DNA of 64,000 nt from a virus. Its lineage: Duplodnaviria > Caudoviricetes. Of the stretch, positions 27,807 to 39,089 are shown piece by piece. Positions within the stretch are counted from its first letter, which is position 1, and every line of letters begins with the position of its first letter. The notes below the pieces were generated by a model, which saw nothing but the letters and a program-made list of their open reading frames with translations, ran no database searches and was not told where the DNA came from. The position numbers and the translations under genes are program-made. Location: IMG/VR virus record IMGVR_UViG_3300014205_000175, positions 138,827 through 202,826 of that record. One strand, given 5' to 3'.

Positions 27807-30740
27807 TCAGTCTTCTTCTATATCAATAAACTCAATCATCACGTCTTCTTCGACCGTCAGATGACCGTCTTCTTGCTGCGTGAGCTTTTTCTTTAACGCT
27901 AGTGATGTGCCAGCTTCCGTGATAGTGACCATATCTAGATTATGTGCTCCGCCCAGTCCGGTGATCGAGACACTGCGAATCGAGCGATCGAATTCTTTCT
28001 GTAGTTGGATGATCATCTCAGAAATAGTGACAGTGGACGATTCAAGCACCGAGCTGATAATCTCGATCGTCCTGTATTCAATATTCTGTCGAATGCGAAT
28101 GTCGTTGTAGGCAGCATTGCCAACATAGTATTTAACATGGAAACTTTGTAGTATGTCAATATAGTCTTCGATGCCATCTTTGAGTAATACTAACACCCGG
28201 CCAATGTTTTTCTTCGGTCGGAAAAATAGTCGCGTTTGTTCTAGTAGCACTTTATCGATATTTTCTAGATCCTGAGTGATCCATTTGTCCATTGTAGCGA
28301 TAACATCACGACGATATTCAACATGGTCTTCTCGTGTAGCCAGATAGTGTTTATAATCCATCAATACTAGATCGAGGTAGTTTACGGTACCGATGCCATT
28401 GGTACGTAACGGGTTACCATTTACATCAAGCTTAACATCACCGCTGCGATGCTGATAGACGATCTCACCATCGGTATTATAGACGATGTCACCTTTACGG
28501 TGCAGCAAATGAAAATTGAGACTATTATCAGCATTGACGTGAAACACCGAACCTGTGTAAGGATCTATGTCATACACGTCTTCATCGTAGACCATAGGTA
28601 CGTCTTGCTGATAGGTCTGGTAATCATTACCACTTAGAGAAGAACGATAATGTCGCCACAGATTATCTAACGCCAGACCAAATGTGATGTCGAGTTCCTC
28701 ATGGGTTACGACAGCATATCGACCGTCAAGAATAAAGCGCCCCAGGAGTTGATCAGACGCACTTTGACGATACGCTGATACGAACGAATTGGTGTAATGC
28801 AAAATCTGAAAAGTGTACGCTAATGGACTGGGCAGATGTAAAAGTGAATTACTGACTATTTGGAAATTAGTAAAATAAAGCCGGTGTTTAGGGTCGATGT
28901 CGTACTCGGTATGTAGATCGAATTGAAACACGCGTTCATTGTCGGAGTTCTTACCTAGGTATAGTCCATTTATATAGCCGTAATACGACTCACCCGGTGG
29001 TTGAAATGCAAGTTGCACTCCTACTTCCTCATCGGCCAGCTTTTTATAGTTATCACCTGACTTGGTTGTGATTGTCAGTCGGTAACCGAATGATTTTTTC
29101 TCGATGCTGTGACTACCAGTATTAACCGCTAGCTGCAGTGTCGGATTTTGGTATAGGAAGCTGATCTTATCGGTGTTCGGGTAGTCTAGGCTATAGACAC
29201 GCAGATCGAGCTCATCGCGTGAAAAATCCATTACATAGTGATACGGATTTACCAGCAGCTGTCTAGAGTTGATCTCTTCGGTCATAGCGAGTTTCGATAG
29301 TGCTTCAAGACGCGTTTTTTCGTATTGGTCGAGAATTACTAGCTGACTATTGACGAGCTCCATCAATACTCCGGACGGAATCGTAATACGATCTTCCTGA
29401 GTGTAGATGCCTTGATGACTGCTGATATTTTCTGCTGTATCTACGAGCTGTGCTACGGTCAGTAGCATCGGTGTGATCGGGTGCCGGTTACGTGAACGGG
29501 GGATATTTTTCGTAGCAATAAAGATGCGGTTGGTGATGACATCGACGTTTTTATAGAGCGTAAAGCCTTTGCGGTCGACGTAGTATTCGATCTGGGTAGG
29601 TGTGATCGGCAGTTGACGGTCTCCGATGCTATTACTGACTACCAGACTACGTAGGTGATCGAACGGTACTGCTGCAGTACCAGAGACTACGGTTTCACCA
29701 GTAAAGCTAAAGAATGTTGTTTGCTGCAGCGCGTTGGTGAATGCATTGGTGTCAGCATTTTCGTCTAAGGCCAACAACTGTGTTGTAAAAGCTTTTAGTT
29801 CATAGTTAGCAAAGTTGATGTCGACATGTCCACGTGTGCCATAAGTGTCGATACGCACCGTGCCCGTCACTAAGCCATTCATGATATATACAGGAGGGAT
29901 GAAAACCCGTACCTGTCCATCGAACACTTGTAATACTGCTGTGGGTGTGTAGGGATCATAGATCTGATCGGTATGTGTGGTTTTCATCTCTACCCAACCA
30001 GCATTACGGCTGGCACGGTGATAGACACGCGTCACATAGTACTGATCCTGTACGGTAACCTGTTCGATGAAGGGTCGCGATAGCTGTACTGGAAATTCAG
30101 CACTGATGATTTTAAACTGCGATAGCGGTACTTCAAAAGCTAACCAGCGTGTATTGCTCGCATCGGTTTTGATCTGGTAATCGATAACATTCGTCGAGAG
30201 TGTCTGCAACGGGGTCGTCTGAGTCGCATCGTATTTAACCTGTACGATGCCGCTATAATACTTATAAATATCGATAGGGTATTGTAGCGAGAACGTGATG
30301 CCGTCGACGATGACTTCTGTGTTACGCGGAATAGTTGACTTGCAATACTCTTCGAGCGGCATATCGACCATCTCGTTAAGCAGACTATTAAGCTCAAAGT
30401 AAAACTGGAAGTTCGCTGTAGCCGGGGTAGCGAAGCGATCGAGATAGTCCCAGTTCGACATGTGTAGATAAAGATCTTCTTGGTTCTGACTCAGCGCGGG
30501 GTACTGACGGCGCGTGAGAATGGTGTTTTCCTGTATTGCTAGTGCGGTATTAACGCTACTGGCTTCGAGCAGATAAATAAACGGGTTGGTCGGATCGACG
30601 ATATCGACTTTGCCTGCAGTGATATCAGATAGATGGTCTAGGATACGGCGCTGGATTAGCGTCGGGTTGTAGCGATACTGTTGCAGCTCTCCTAGCAAGT
30701 TCTTGATCGACAACGTATTGAACTCAGTAATCTCAGCCAT
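27807..30740 (-). CDS. Large virion structural protein, probable baseplate component (phiKZ gp87-like)
   Basis: 977 aa, beta-rich, DPTNPFIYLLE N-terminal motif. Size, strand and position recall phiKZ gp87. Confidence 0.7.
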   Translation of the reverse strand: MAEITEFNTLSIKNLLGELQQYRYNPTLIQRRILDHLSDITAGKVDIVDPTNPFIYLLEASSVNTALAIQENTILTRRQYPALSQNQEDLYLHMSNWDYLDRFATPATANFQFYFELNSLLNEMVDMPLEEYCKSTIPRNTEVIVDGITFSLQYPIDIYKYYSGIVQVKYDATQTTPLQTLSTNVIDYQIKTDASNTRWLAFEVPLSQFKIISAEFPVQLSRPFIEQVTVQDQYYVTRVYHRASRNAGWVEMKTTHTDQIYDPYTPTAVLQVFDGQVRVFIPPVYIMNGLVTGTVRIDTYGTRGHVDINFANYELKAFTTQLLALDENADTNAFTNALQQTTFFSFTGETVVSGTAAVPFDHLRSLVVSNSIGDRQLPITPTQIEYYVDRKGFTLYKNVDVITNRIFIATKNIPRSRNRHPITPMLLTVAQLVDTAENISSHQGIYTQEDRITIPSGVLMELVNSQLVILDQYEKTRLEALSKLAMTEEINSRQLLVNPYHYVMDFSRDELDLRVYSLDYPNTDKISFLYQNPTLQLAVNTGSHSIEKKSFGYRLTITTKSGDNYKKLADEEVGVQLAFQPPGESYYGYINGLYLGKNSDNERVFQFDLHTEYDIDPKHRLYFTNFQIVSNSLLHLPSPLAYTFQILHYTNSFVSAYRQSASDQLLGRFILDGRYAVVTHEELDITFGLALDNLWRHYRSSLSGNDYQTYQQDVPMVYDEDVYDIDPYTGSVFHVNADNSLNFHLLHRKGDIVYNTDGEIVYQHRSGDVKLDVNGNPLRTNGIGTVNYLDLVLMDYKHYLATREDHVEYRRDVIATMDKWITQDLENIDKVLLEQTRLFFRPKKNIGRVLVLLKDGIEDYIDILQSFHVKYYVGNAAYNDIRIRQNIEYRTIEIISSVLESSTVTISEMIIQLQKEFDRSIRSVSITGLGGAHNLDMVTITEAGTSLALKKKLTQQEDGHLTVEEDVMIEFIDIEED

Positions 30741-30742
30741 CT

Positions 30743-31837
30743 TTAATCTCCGAAGTATTCCTCAATGTCCCGACTCGGGGTGCTTAGAACGTTGTTGATC
30801 CTAGCGTTATAGATGTTATTAGGAATCCACCATTCTAGCTCGTAATTATTTGGGTTAATCCAAGGATAACCGCGATGGTTGAAGTAAGTCAGGAGATCCT
30901 GTGGAATTTTAACTACACCGCCGGCTACTGTTACATCTCGCGGCACGCGCACCGCATTCTCCACCGCTGCCATGTCGGGATTGAAAATCTTCACCGTCGC
31001 ATTAAACTCCTTGACTAAAATGTCATCGAAGTATTCCGCACCGAGACAGCGAAAGCGAATCGTGATGTCTTTGTTCTGGTCGTTGTAGGGCTTCTCGCTG
31101 CTAAAGTCCATGAAGCTGCCGATCGGTGCCGAGATCGGAAAAGCGACTCCGGTAGCGCCGATTTTACGCACGTAGGTCTTTGACTCGTCTAGCGTCAAGC
31201 GATAGATACGCGTCATGTAATCGATTTCGTTCTCTAGCAGATAATCGATATAGGGCATCAAGGTGCCCTCGTAGACGAGCGACGAGTAGTGCGCCCAGAT
31301 GTAGAACAGATAGACGATCGGGTCCCCGCGTGTGTTGCGAAAGGTCGCATCGATGTCAAATGACTCGAAGTTACGCGACACGCCATCGACTTGCGAATAC
31401 ACTTCGTTATACACGCCTTGTTTCGAAGTGTAGGTAGGCACCGTCAGATCGGGCCAGCCAGAAAGAGAAGTGAGATTGTTGGTTAGGATCGGAATAAAGG
31501 CTTGCGTGGAGTCGATCAGCGGACAGCTTAGTCCCGTGGGATTTTCTGGACTACCTACCATCAATCTGGGATCGAGCATGCATCGCACGAAACGCTGAAT
31601 GCTCACCGGGTTCATCGACAGCAACGGGTAAAAATAGCGAATGTTGCGAATGTTGCCTGGCTGTAGGTTAAGCTGCGGACGGACGAAAAAAGTTAATCCG
31701 TACGTGTCTTTGTTGGACGTAACCATGCCAGGAATCTGACGATGATTAAACCCGTAGAGGTTGTTACCGATGGCTTTATCAACTGACCCGATCGGGGTGT
31801 TTTGATAAAAATCATCCATGCTAGCAAAGTTTGACAT
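30743..31837 (-). CDS. Virion structural protein (phiKZ gp88-like; tail tube/baseplate type)
   Basis: 364 aa, GLTFFVRPQLNL, DYMTRIYRL, GVAFPISAPIG. Confidence 0.7.
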   Translation of the reverse strand: MSNFASMDDFYQNTPIGSVDKAIGNNLYGFNHRQIPGMVTSNKDTYGLTFFVRPQLNLQPGNIRNIRYFYPLLSMNPVSIQRFVRCMLDPRLMVGSPENPTGLSCPLIDSTQAFIPILTNNLTSLSGWPDLTVPTYTSKQGVYNEVYSQVDGVSRNFESFDIDATFRNTRGDPIVYLFYIWAHYSSLVYEGTLMPYIDYLLENEIDYMTRIYRLTLDESKTYVRKIGATGVAFPISAPIGSFMDFSSEKPYNDQNKDITIRFRCLGAEYFDDILVKEFNATVKIFNPDMAAVENAVRVPRDVTVAGGVVKIPQDLLTYFNHRGYPWINPNNYELEWWIPNNIYNARINNVLSTPSRDIEEYFGD

Positions 31838-31886
31838 ATGTAATTCCCGTTTTCTTTTTTCAATCTAGTTCGGAGATAGTAACACC

Positions 31887-33074
31887 ATGGACCTCAATAC
31901 CGCCAAAGCCGTAGTCACCACTCCTATTCAAATTATTGGCGAGGTGGTGCATTTTATAAAATCCAACACCGTCGATTACTACCGCACGACATCGCTGCCA
32001 GAGATTACCAAACTCACACGTGTGGAGCCGATTACTGTCATCTCCCGTGACTGCATGAATCTGGAATATACTGGCGACATTTTGCAATCAGTTCTTAATA
32101 TCTTTTCGGGATATTACCTGCAAGCCGTGTCGCTCGGTGCACGCGTCGGTGGGGTGCGAGTGGTGAAAATCCTCGATCGCCTCAACCCCGATCGCGACAG
32201 CTCTGGCTTCTTCTCTAGCCTGGAATCGCACGCGAGCCCGGCCGTGCTGCTGCAGGAGAACTACAAATACCGGCTGCCGCGTGCTACTGCACGGATTTCG
32301 ACCGAAGGCAAACTGATGGATGCGATGCTCAATGGCGACAACGCCTATGACGTAGCGCGTAACGGCAACGTAGCCCCCACACACGGCTCGACCGATTATG
32401 AGCGTGATATGCTCGGTAAATCGGTGCTGACCGAACCGGCCAACCTCGCAGTGGGTAAGATGCTGCGCGTGACGATCACCGTCGATGAACACACCATGGA
32501 AGTGCCGGTCAACGTGCGTCTAGCTCCGGCGGTACTAGCGAACGCGAGTGTCGAACATCTACTGACGCTGAAAAAAGAAGACAACAGCTTGGTCGAGCGC
32601 TATCACTCGTGGCGCGCGGGACGCATCTCGTTCATCCGTGATCTGGTGCTGTGTCAAGACATCATCGATACGCACCGTAAAGCACTAATGAATGATGAGA
32701 GTGGTACCTACAACGAGATCATTCGGCGTGCTAACAACACGAAGAAGTACGGGCTACTCACGCAAAACCCGTCGCTGGTGTCGGCTTCTAACATCTTTGT
32801 CTTCTCTGAAGAGTCGGCCCGCAACGTCGAGCGTCAGCTCGGTGGCAAACTAAGTAACCCGCGCATTCGGCAAAAAGCTTTCGAGAACACTTACGCGATG
32901 ATCCTAGTGGTTATCGATCGTGAATGGGAGCGAGTGAGTATCTACCATCGCGGCATTAGTGCCAGTACCGAAGTCAACGTTCGTGACATCAAGGCAGCCA
33001 ATAAGAAAAATGGCGGCATGGATATCGCCGACGTACTCAAGAGCTTCTCCCTCGGTCAGGCGCCGTCGTTCTGA
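31887..33074 (+). CDS. Virion head protein (phiKZ gp89-like)
   Basis: RVEP, FSGYYLQAV, LAVGKML, SLE and STE cleavage-type motifs. Divergent from the gp88-like gene. Confidence 0.7.
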   Translation: MDLNTAKAVVTTPIQIIGEVVHFIKSNTVDYYRTTSLPEITKLTRVEPITVISRDCMNLEYTGDILQSVLNIFSGYYLQAVSLGARVGGVRVVKILDRLNPDRDSSGFFSSLESHASPAVLLQENYKYRLPRATARISTEGKLMDAMLNGDNAYDVARNGNVAPTHGSTDYERDMLGKSVLTEPANLAVGKMLRVTITVDEHTMEVPVNVRLAPAVLANASVEHLLTLKKEDNSLVERYHSWRAGRISFIRDLVLCQDIIDTHRKALMNDESGTYNEIIRRANNTKKYGLLTQNPSLVSASNIFVFSEESARNVERQLGGKLSNPRIRQKAFENTYAMILVVIDREWERVSIYHRGISASTEVNVRDIKAANKKNGGMDIADVLKSFSLGQAPSF

Positions 33075-33111
33075 TTTCGCTCTTCGTTTACCTTTTAACA
33101 GGATAGTCAAA

Positions 33112-34008
33112 ATGAAACTGTACCAGTTCATCCGTAGCCTGATGCCACGCATCGAACGCCAGCATCTGCTCGAAGATATCGAGATTACGAAAAACGAACT
33201 CACGACTGGCGTGATCCCGGCGTTCCAATCGGCGCAGCTGTACTTCAAAGCCGGCGGTATCCGTAGCGATGCGGTCAAAGCGCTAGAGAGCGTTTTCTAT
33301 CGCAACTACAACGCACGCGGTAGTAAGCGTAAAGAGAACTTTATCGCCGAGATCGCCGAATGTCTGCCGGCGGTGCGCGAGAACCTCGAATATATCGATA
33401 GTCAAATCGAGGAGATCTTTAGCCGTGACATCATCAAAGACGGTTTGAGTATCCGTAAGGCATCCTTGCTACGTGCAGTCGATCATATCTCGTATATTTC
33501 ACGCTATGCGATCGATCTGATCAACCTTATCTACGTACATGAAGCCCAGCATCGCAACGTCGACATCACCGAGAGCTATGGTGGTAACGATAAGATCCGT
33601 GAACTCACGCAGAAGAATCTCTTTATATTCGCCAAGATGCTTGTGATCTATGGGCAAAAAGCGAAAGACTTCCAGGAGCAGTTCTTCAAACTCCCTGAAG
33701 CGGTACTAAACGAGCAAACCTTCCAGCAAGTCGCTGCTCTTTACAAAGACAACGGCGACCCGATCCCGCAAGATGCAGTAAGTGAGTTTGAAGGTAATCC
33801 GATCTATCACATCCGACTCAATATCGCCGAATGGCAGGCGGAACGCTATCGTGGGTTCAAGGATAAGAAGAAGATGTTGGAGCTGCGTCTGATGCATTTG
33901 AAGATGCTGCAACAAGACAAATCTGATCCGAATCTGGAAAAAGAAATCGAATATATTCAAAATCGTGTCGAAGGTATCGATTTCAAACTTCGGAAAATGG
34001 AAGACTGA
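33112..34008 (+). CDS. Virion head protein (phiKZ gp90-like)
   Basis: Start MKLYQFIRSL (AGGA RBS), GNPIYHIRL, C-terminal coiled coil. Confidence 0.7.
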   Translation: MKLYQFIRSLMPRIERQHLLEDIEITKNELTTGVIPAFQSAQLYFKAGGIRSDAVKALESVFYRNYNARGSKRKENFIAEIAECLPAVRENLEYIDSQIEEIFSRDIIKDGLSIRKASLLRAVDHISYISRYAIDLINLIYVHEAQHRNVDITESYGGNDKIRELTQKNLFIFAKMLVIYGQKAKDFQEQFFKLPEAVLNEQTFQQVAALYKDNGDPIPQDAVSEFEGNPIYHIRLNIAEWQAERYRGFKDKKKMLELRLMHLKMLQQDKSDPNLEKEIEYIQNRVEGIDFKLRKMED

Positions 34009-34074
34009 TAACTCCTGCGTGCCCTCCGGCTATAGCAGTCCGGGGGCACGCATCACCACCTTCACGAGGATGCC

Positions 34075-34740
34075 ATGCTCAAGTGTATGATTTTGCAATC
34101 GGGCTTCATTACCCCGGACGTTCCCGGACTGACGTTACCGAAATCCCCCCGTCCGGATATCAGTGACATCATCATCAAACCCTTCAAACATCCCAACACG
34201 CAGTTCTATTATTCGGTTGATATCACTGAGCTCTACGAGCGCTTCATGTTTGATGCCACAGTGGTGAAAGACTTTGCCTACCGTGAACAGTTCTTGAAGG
34301 CATTCATGAACGTCATCAATGGCGTGTCATTTAAACAATGGGTGTATCTGCAAACCGAAGCCACGACGTTGTCGCTGAGCGGTATGGAGTTCTTACTCGA
34401 TACGCTACGCTATATTCGTGACGGTCAGCGCTCGGTTAATATCGGTAACTGGGTCGGGCTGATCGATGCGATCGGTTCTGGTCGTCCGCGTGCTAATGAT
34501 ATCGAGTTACTCCGGTGCTTTTTCGCTGATCGTGTTGACAGTGAGATCTATAGCAAGGGATGCCTGTCGCCAGATCTTACGCGGATTTTAGCTGGCTGGA
34601 CTGGCCATGCTGACGGCTTTAAAGATCTTATCATCACTGCCGGCATCATTTTTGGCTTACATCCTAAAACCACGATTAACAATCAATCGCGCACAACCCC
34701 TGAGTTACCGAATAAATCTGAATCACTGCAACTTAGGTGA
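34075..34740 (+). CDS. Putative virion protein
   Basis: 221 aa, GAGGA RBS, structural block position. Confidence 0.6.
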   Translation: MLKCMILQSGFITPDVPGLTLPKSPRPDISDIIIKPFKHPNTQFYYSVDITELYERFMFDATVVKDFAYREQFLKAFMNVINGVSFKQWVYLQTEATTLSLSGMEFLLDTLRYIRDGQRSVNIGNWVGLIDAIGSGRPRANDIELLRCFFADRVDSEIYSKGCLSPDLTRILAGWTGHADGFKDLIITAGIIFGLHPKTTINNQSRTTPELPNKSESLQLR

Positions 34741-34744
34741 TGTC

Positions 34745-36169
34745 GTGGCGATCAATGTCGGTAAATACTTGGCGCAGGAGAAACTGCATATTGAGCGGGT
34801 AGTAGAGTTGGAGACTGCGCAGCGCGGTGAAGACGACTTCGATCTACTCGCAGATGAATTAGTCAAAAATAAAGAGCTACAGGAGCGTCAAGAAGAGGCT
34901 CCAGATAGCGAAGAAGAGGAAGATATCGACACTGAAGACGCTCCGGATAGCGAAAATGATACCACAGACCCTTCAGAAGACACTGAGAACGCTTCAGAGG
35001 CTTCAGAAGAAGACGTGAGTACCGAACACTATGCTGAACTTCACAAAGGCGCTCAGGCGCATTTGGTAGCGATGGAAGCACAGTTCCTCTGTGATACGGC
35101 TAGCCGGTTAGGGATTGCTCAGGAAGGTGTCGGGAGTTTTATGTACCGCAATCTGGTACGTAAAGACTCTGGTGAAGATGGATTATTGCTAAAACTCAAA
35201 GATCTAGGCATCCATTATAGCAAAGTGGGACTGACGCATTTTGCCAAAGGTATGCTCTATGCGTTAGCCCAAACCGCTGCAGCGATCAGCCGCGGTACGC
35301 GTCAGCTCATTCGTTACGCGTATCAGCGCTCCAAGTCGTATAGTAAGCTTGCTCTACGTATCGATAAAGCGCGCGCGATACTCGCGCAACTACCCGAGCA
35401 GCAAAACGACGGTGGCGTATTCATTGACGCTGTAACTATCGCTAGTCTTAAAGTCGGTAATAGCGCGGACTTTAAAAAGCATATTGGGGTATTGTTAGAA
35501 TTTAATCGAGCCTATCTTCATCAAATGCCAGGATACACCAAGGTTTGCGTAGCTGGAGTTAACAAAACAATCAACCATGTCATGTCTGGTAGTGAGACAG
35601 TGCCGCTCGTCAGTCATGTTCAGTCACTACCGATTGCAGGATTACATCACGTTAAAACCGAGCATGGCTTGGATACTTACCATTACCCCAAAGTTTTACC
35701 GGGTGACATGAACTTCACGGTTCAAACCCCCAGTCGAGAACTGCGAGCTTATGACGACATCAAAACCGCGTACCGTGCTAGTCAAGCTACAATGGTGTTA
35801 AACGACCGTTTGGCTAGTGCTGTGCCAGTTAAGTGCCCTTATTTAACTCCTGATGTTATGAAGGAGTATCTTGATATTATGGCTGAGCTGTGCCGTCACG
35901 GCATGCAGCTTACAGAGACATTCCGCCAAGTGAGCCGATATCGCAGTCAGCTCAAACCCAGTCTAGAATCATACATTCGTTATCTGGGTATGGAACATGG
36001 GCGCTTGACTATACGAGAGTCTTTGGCTGAGTTTGTAGGTCTAAAGACTTCTTATGTAGATAATGTGGTTGTGAAAGGTGCCATGATTATCCATGATCTA
36101 AATTTAACTGTCATCTCCGCTGCGCTTAACTACGTGAAAGCCAGTTTGGAAAATGCCACGCGAAAGTAG
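34745..36169 (+). CDS. Internal head protein with an acidic propeptide
   Basis: Probable GTG start at 34745. Acidic N-terminal region with STE, AME and AQE motifs. Confidence 0.65.
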   Translation: MAINVGKYLAQEKLHIERVVELETAQRGEDDFDLLADELVKNKELQERQEEAPDSEEEEDIDTEDAPDSENDTTDPSEDTENASEASEEDVSTEHYAELHKGAQAHLVAMEAQFLCDTASRLGIAQEGVGSFMYRNLVRKDSGEDGLLLKLKDLGIHYSKVGLTHFAKGMLYALAQTAAAISRGTRQLIRYAYQRSKSYSKLALRIDKARAILAQLPEQQNDGGVFIDAVTIASLKVGNSADFKKHIGVLLEFNRAYLHQMPGYTKVCVAGVNKTINHVMSGSETVPLVSHVQSLPIAGLHHVKTEHGLDTYHYPKVLPGDMNFTVQTPSRELRAYDDIKTAYRASQATMVLNDRLASAVPVKCPYLTPDVMKEYLDIMAELCRHGMQLTETFRQVSRYRSQLKPSLESYIRYLGMEHGRLTIRESLAEFVGLKTSYVDNVVVKGAMIIHDLNLTVISAALNYVKASLENATRK

Positions 36170-36246
36170 CACCCATAGTGTGGATTATGCCATTAGTCCA
36201 CAAACGTTTGTAACAACTTTTCTGTTTTACTGAAGGAGTTTTGAAA

Positions 36247-37614
36247 ATGAATCGTTTTGCACGTAAAGGTCTGGTTGCTGCTATGGAAGACGGCGATCTG
36301 GAAGGTCTGGAAGGCGGCGAAATCGCGGGTGCTGACGCTGACGTGGCTGCTGCTGACGCTGTCGGTGAAACTGCCGAGCAAGAGATCGTCGTCAACGAAG
36401 AGACGACCGCTATCGAAGCCCTGTCGTTCGCGATCGAAGAAGCCGTCGAAGACATCGAAACCGTCGAAGAAATCGCTGACACGGTCGAAGAAGTCTCCGA
36501 CGCTGGTGGTGAAGGCGGTGAAGGCCTGACCGAAGGCGAAGCTGTGCTGGCTGAAGAAGCGCTGTCGATCGTCTATCGTCGCCTCGGCATCCGTGGCGAT
36601 CGCGTCATGCCCGCTACCGAATCGTTCCGTTCGGCTAACAGCCGCAAGGCCGCTACCCGTATCGGTCTCGAAGGCATCGGCGAGACGATCAAGTCGGTGT
36701 GGGAAAAGATCATCGCCGCGATCCGTTCGATGTGGTCGAAGATCGTTGCTTTCGTCAAGAAACTCACGGACGCCAACGTCGGTCTGGAAAAGGCTGCCAA
36801 GGCACTCAAAGAGAAGCTGAAGAAGTCCAAGGCCAAAGTGCCCGCTTCTGGCGACTCGGAGTTCGATGACGCGGGTCTGTACGCGCTGTTCCCCACCGGC
36901 AAGAAGGTTGATGCCGGTGTTGTGAAGGGCTTCCTGACTGCTCACTCTTCGGTGGCTTCGCAAGCTGGCAAGCTTGCTCAATCGGTTCATGCTACCCAAG
37001 CTATCGTCACGGGTCTTGCCGGTGGTAAGAAGTCGGTTCCCGAATTCGCCAAGATGGCCGAGCAATCGGTTGGGTTTGCTGCTAGCGCGATGGTTGGCAA
37101 GACTGTGTCGATTGACACGTCGCGTGAAGAAGGCGTTGAGGCTACTTCCGATGTCATGCTGGTCGGCGGTAAGGCTTTCGAAGTGAAGGCTGTCCTTTAC
37201 ACGCCGTCGGGTGACGATGAATCCGATCAATTCTCGCTGACGCATTCGGTCGTTGACCACGACAAGGCTGAAACGTCGCCGTCGAAGATCGACATCGGCA
37301 CCCAGAGTGAACTGGCTGGTGTGTGTGATGCGGTCATCGCCTTCGCCAAAGACAACGGCAAGATGGTGCGTGAGCTCGAAAAGACCGATAAGGAAGTCAA
37401 GAACCTCCTCAAGGAACTCGACAACGTCTTCAAGACCATCGAGAACGATGACGCTGCTGTCAAGGCCAACCGTCGTCCGTTCATGCTGGCACGTAAAGTG
37501 GTCGCCGGTACTGTCAACAAGCTCGGCGCCTTTGGTACGACCTACGCCGGTATGAACGTCAAGTGCGGTCGTGCTGCACTGCGTTACGTTTCGGCATGTG
37601 CTGCGAAATACTGA
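36247..37614 (+). CDS. Abundant internal head protein (phiKZ gp93/inner-body paralogue family)
   Basis: Acidic propeptide, ATESF, IGLE-GIGETIKSVWEKIIAAIRSMW amphipathic helix, strong codon bias. Confidence 0.8.
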   Translation: MNRFARKGLVAAMEDGDLEGLEGGEIAGADADVAAADAVGETAEQEIVVNEETTAIEALSFAIEEAVEDIETVEEIADTVEEVSDAGGEGGEGLTEGEAVLAEEALSIVYRRLGIRGDRVMPATESFRSANSRKAATRIGLEGIGETIKSVWEKIIAAIRSMWSKIVAFVKKLTDANVGLEKAAKALKEKLKKSKAKVPASGDSEFDDAGLYALFPTGKKVDAGVVKGFLTAHSSVASQAGKLAQSVHATQAIVTGLAGGKKSVPEFAKMAEQSVGFAASAMVGKTVSIDTSREEGVEATSDVMLVGGKAFEVKAVLYTPSGDDESDQFSLTHSVVDHDKAETSPSKIDIGTQSELAGVCDAVIAFAKDNGKMVRELEKTDKEVKNLLKELDNVFKTIENDDAAVKANRRPFMLARKVVAGTVNKLGAFGTTYAGMNVKCGRAALRYVSACAAKY

Positions 37615-37638
37615 TCTATCCTGATCTGATATAGCACA

Positions 37639-37673
37639 CTCCCCACCTAGGGCCATAAGCCCTAGGTGGGGAG
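37639..37673. repeat. Perfect 15-bp-stem hairpin with a CATAA loop
   Basis: CTCCCCACCTAGGGC-CATAA-GCCCTAGGTGGGGAG. Confidence 0.8.
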
Positions 37674-37718
37674 CCTTTAACCTGAATCTTATGATTGATA
37701 ATTATAGAGGATAACGTC

Positions 37719-39035
37719 ATGCGTCGTGTTGACCTGAATTTTAGTAGTCCTGCTGTAGCAGCTGAAACGTTCTCAGTCGCTACGCACCATGATGTCAGTG
37801 GTGAGATGCTTGCTTTGCGCCGACTCGATCAAAAACTCAATCGCGCTATGGAAGATTGGGCACTGGTGAGTGCAGTGGAAAATATCGCTTTGCCGGATGT
37901 TGCAGCGTTGCCGGCATTAGTCATGACGCTAGAGACAGTAGCGCTACGTCTGGGGTTATCACAACCTAGTCTAGAGAGCCATTACAGCCCCGCTATGGCG
38001 CTCGAAGCATCGCTATATAGTATCGGTGAGGCGATGAAGAACGCCTTTAAAAAGATCGTGGAAGTGATTCGTGCATTGTGGAAAAAACTCGTCGCGTTTA
38101 TCAAGCGAGTATTCGATACTAACGCTAGCATGCGTAAAGAAGCCGTGGCACTCAAAGCTAAGCTGAGTAAAGGCGATTACGTCACTGTGGCTGAAGGTCA
38201 CGAGAACGACAAATTCGAAAATGCAGCGCTTGCCGAGAAGTTTGTTTCGGACCAGCGCATCGATGCTAATGTAGTGTTGAAGATGTTCGAGTTGCACGAT
38301 AAGTTCGCTGAGAAATCCGATCGCCTACCGGCTGCAATAGCTATGACAGCACTGATGCTGAATGTGACTTTGAAACTGAATAATCCTGCCAATATCGATC
38401 AAGATATCGAGAAAGCTTACCAGCACACTGAAGCTGCGGCTCGTTCGTTATTAGAATTCATGCTGCCTGATAAAACCGGTCAGATCGATCTGAAGGCTAA
38501 TGGGGGACAGGAGAAAGAAACTGAACTCTACTACCCGAGCAAAGATCTGGCGTTATGTGGTGGCAAACAGTTTGCCTATACCGTACAGGTGCAGACTCCG
38601 GTAACCGATAACGCGGATTCAGAGATCGCTTTTAGCATTCAGTTTACGTTACGTAAACATGAGGAAAAAAGTGGCGACAGTACGGAACTGACAATCCTCA
38701 CCAAAGACGAGATGATTAAACTTTGCGACGCTATCATCAAGATGACGCAGAGTAACGATGCTCTGTGTCGTGACGTTGAAAAAGCCAACAAGGAAGTTGC
38801 CTCTCTCGTGAGCGTGATGGAGAGGATGGCCGCTGATGGTTACAAGAACGATCAGTCCAGTGACAAAGAAGACACCGCCAAGAAGATTCGTCGCGCCATG
38901 CTCTACCAGCGTCGTGTGGTCTCCACGATCGGTGCTAAGACTGGCGCATTTAGCGGTACGGTAACGGGTTTGAATGTCAAACTCTGCCAAGCTGCTGCTA
39001 AGTATGTCAAAGAGTGTATGGCTCGATACAAATAA
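37719..39035 (+). CDS. Internal head protein, paralogue of 36247
   Basis: MALE-ASLYSIGEAMKNAFKKIVEVIRALW. C-terminus GLNVKLCQAAAKYVKECMARY matches 36247. Confidence 0.8.
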   Translation: MRRVDLNFSSPAVAAETFSVATHHDVSGEMLALRRLDQKLNRAMEDWALVSAVENIALPDVAALPALVMTLETVALRLGLSQPSLESHYSPAMALEASLYSIGEAMKNAFKKIVEVIRALWKKLVAFIKRVFDTNASMRKEAVALKAKLSKGDYVTVAEGHENDKFENAALAEKFVSDQRIDANVVLKMFELHDKFAEKSDRLPAAIAMTALMLNVTLKLNNPANIDQDIEKAYQHTEAAARSLLEFMLPDKTGQIDLKANGGQEKETELYYPSKDLALCGGKQFAYTVQVQTPVTDNADSEIAFSIQFTLRKHEEKSGDSTELTILTKDEMIKLCDAIIKMTQSNDALCRDVEKANKEVASLVSVMERMAADGYKNDQSSDKEDTAKKIRRAMLYQRRVVSTIGAKTGAFSGTVTGLNVKLCQAAAKYVKECMARYK

Positions 39036-39089
39036 CATAAGCTAGCGGTGCCACATCTTGTGCGCGCCAAACACAACTGGGAGTTAGTG

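Noticed and set aside
36193-37656. 487-aa minus-strand ORF
   Set aside because: It exactly shadows the codon-biased head protein gene 36247-37614, has no motifs, and is a typical antisense artefact. The same applies to 57794-58273 and 19080-19682.
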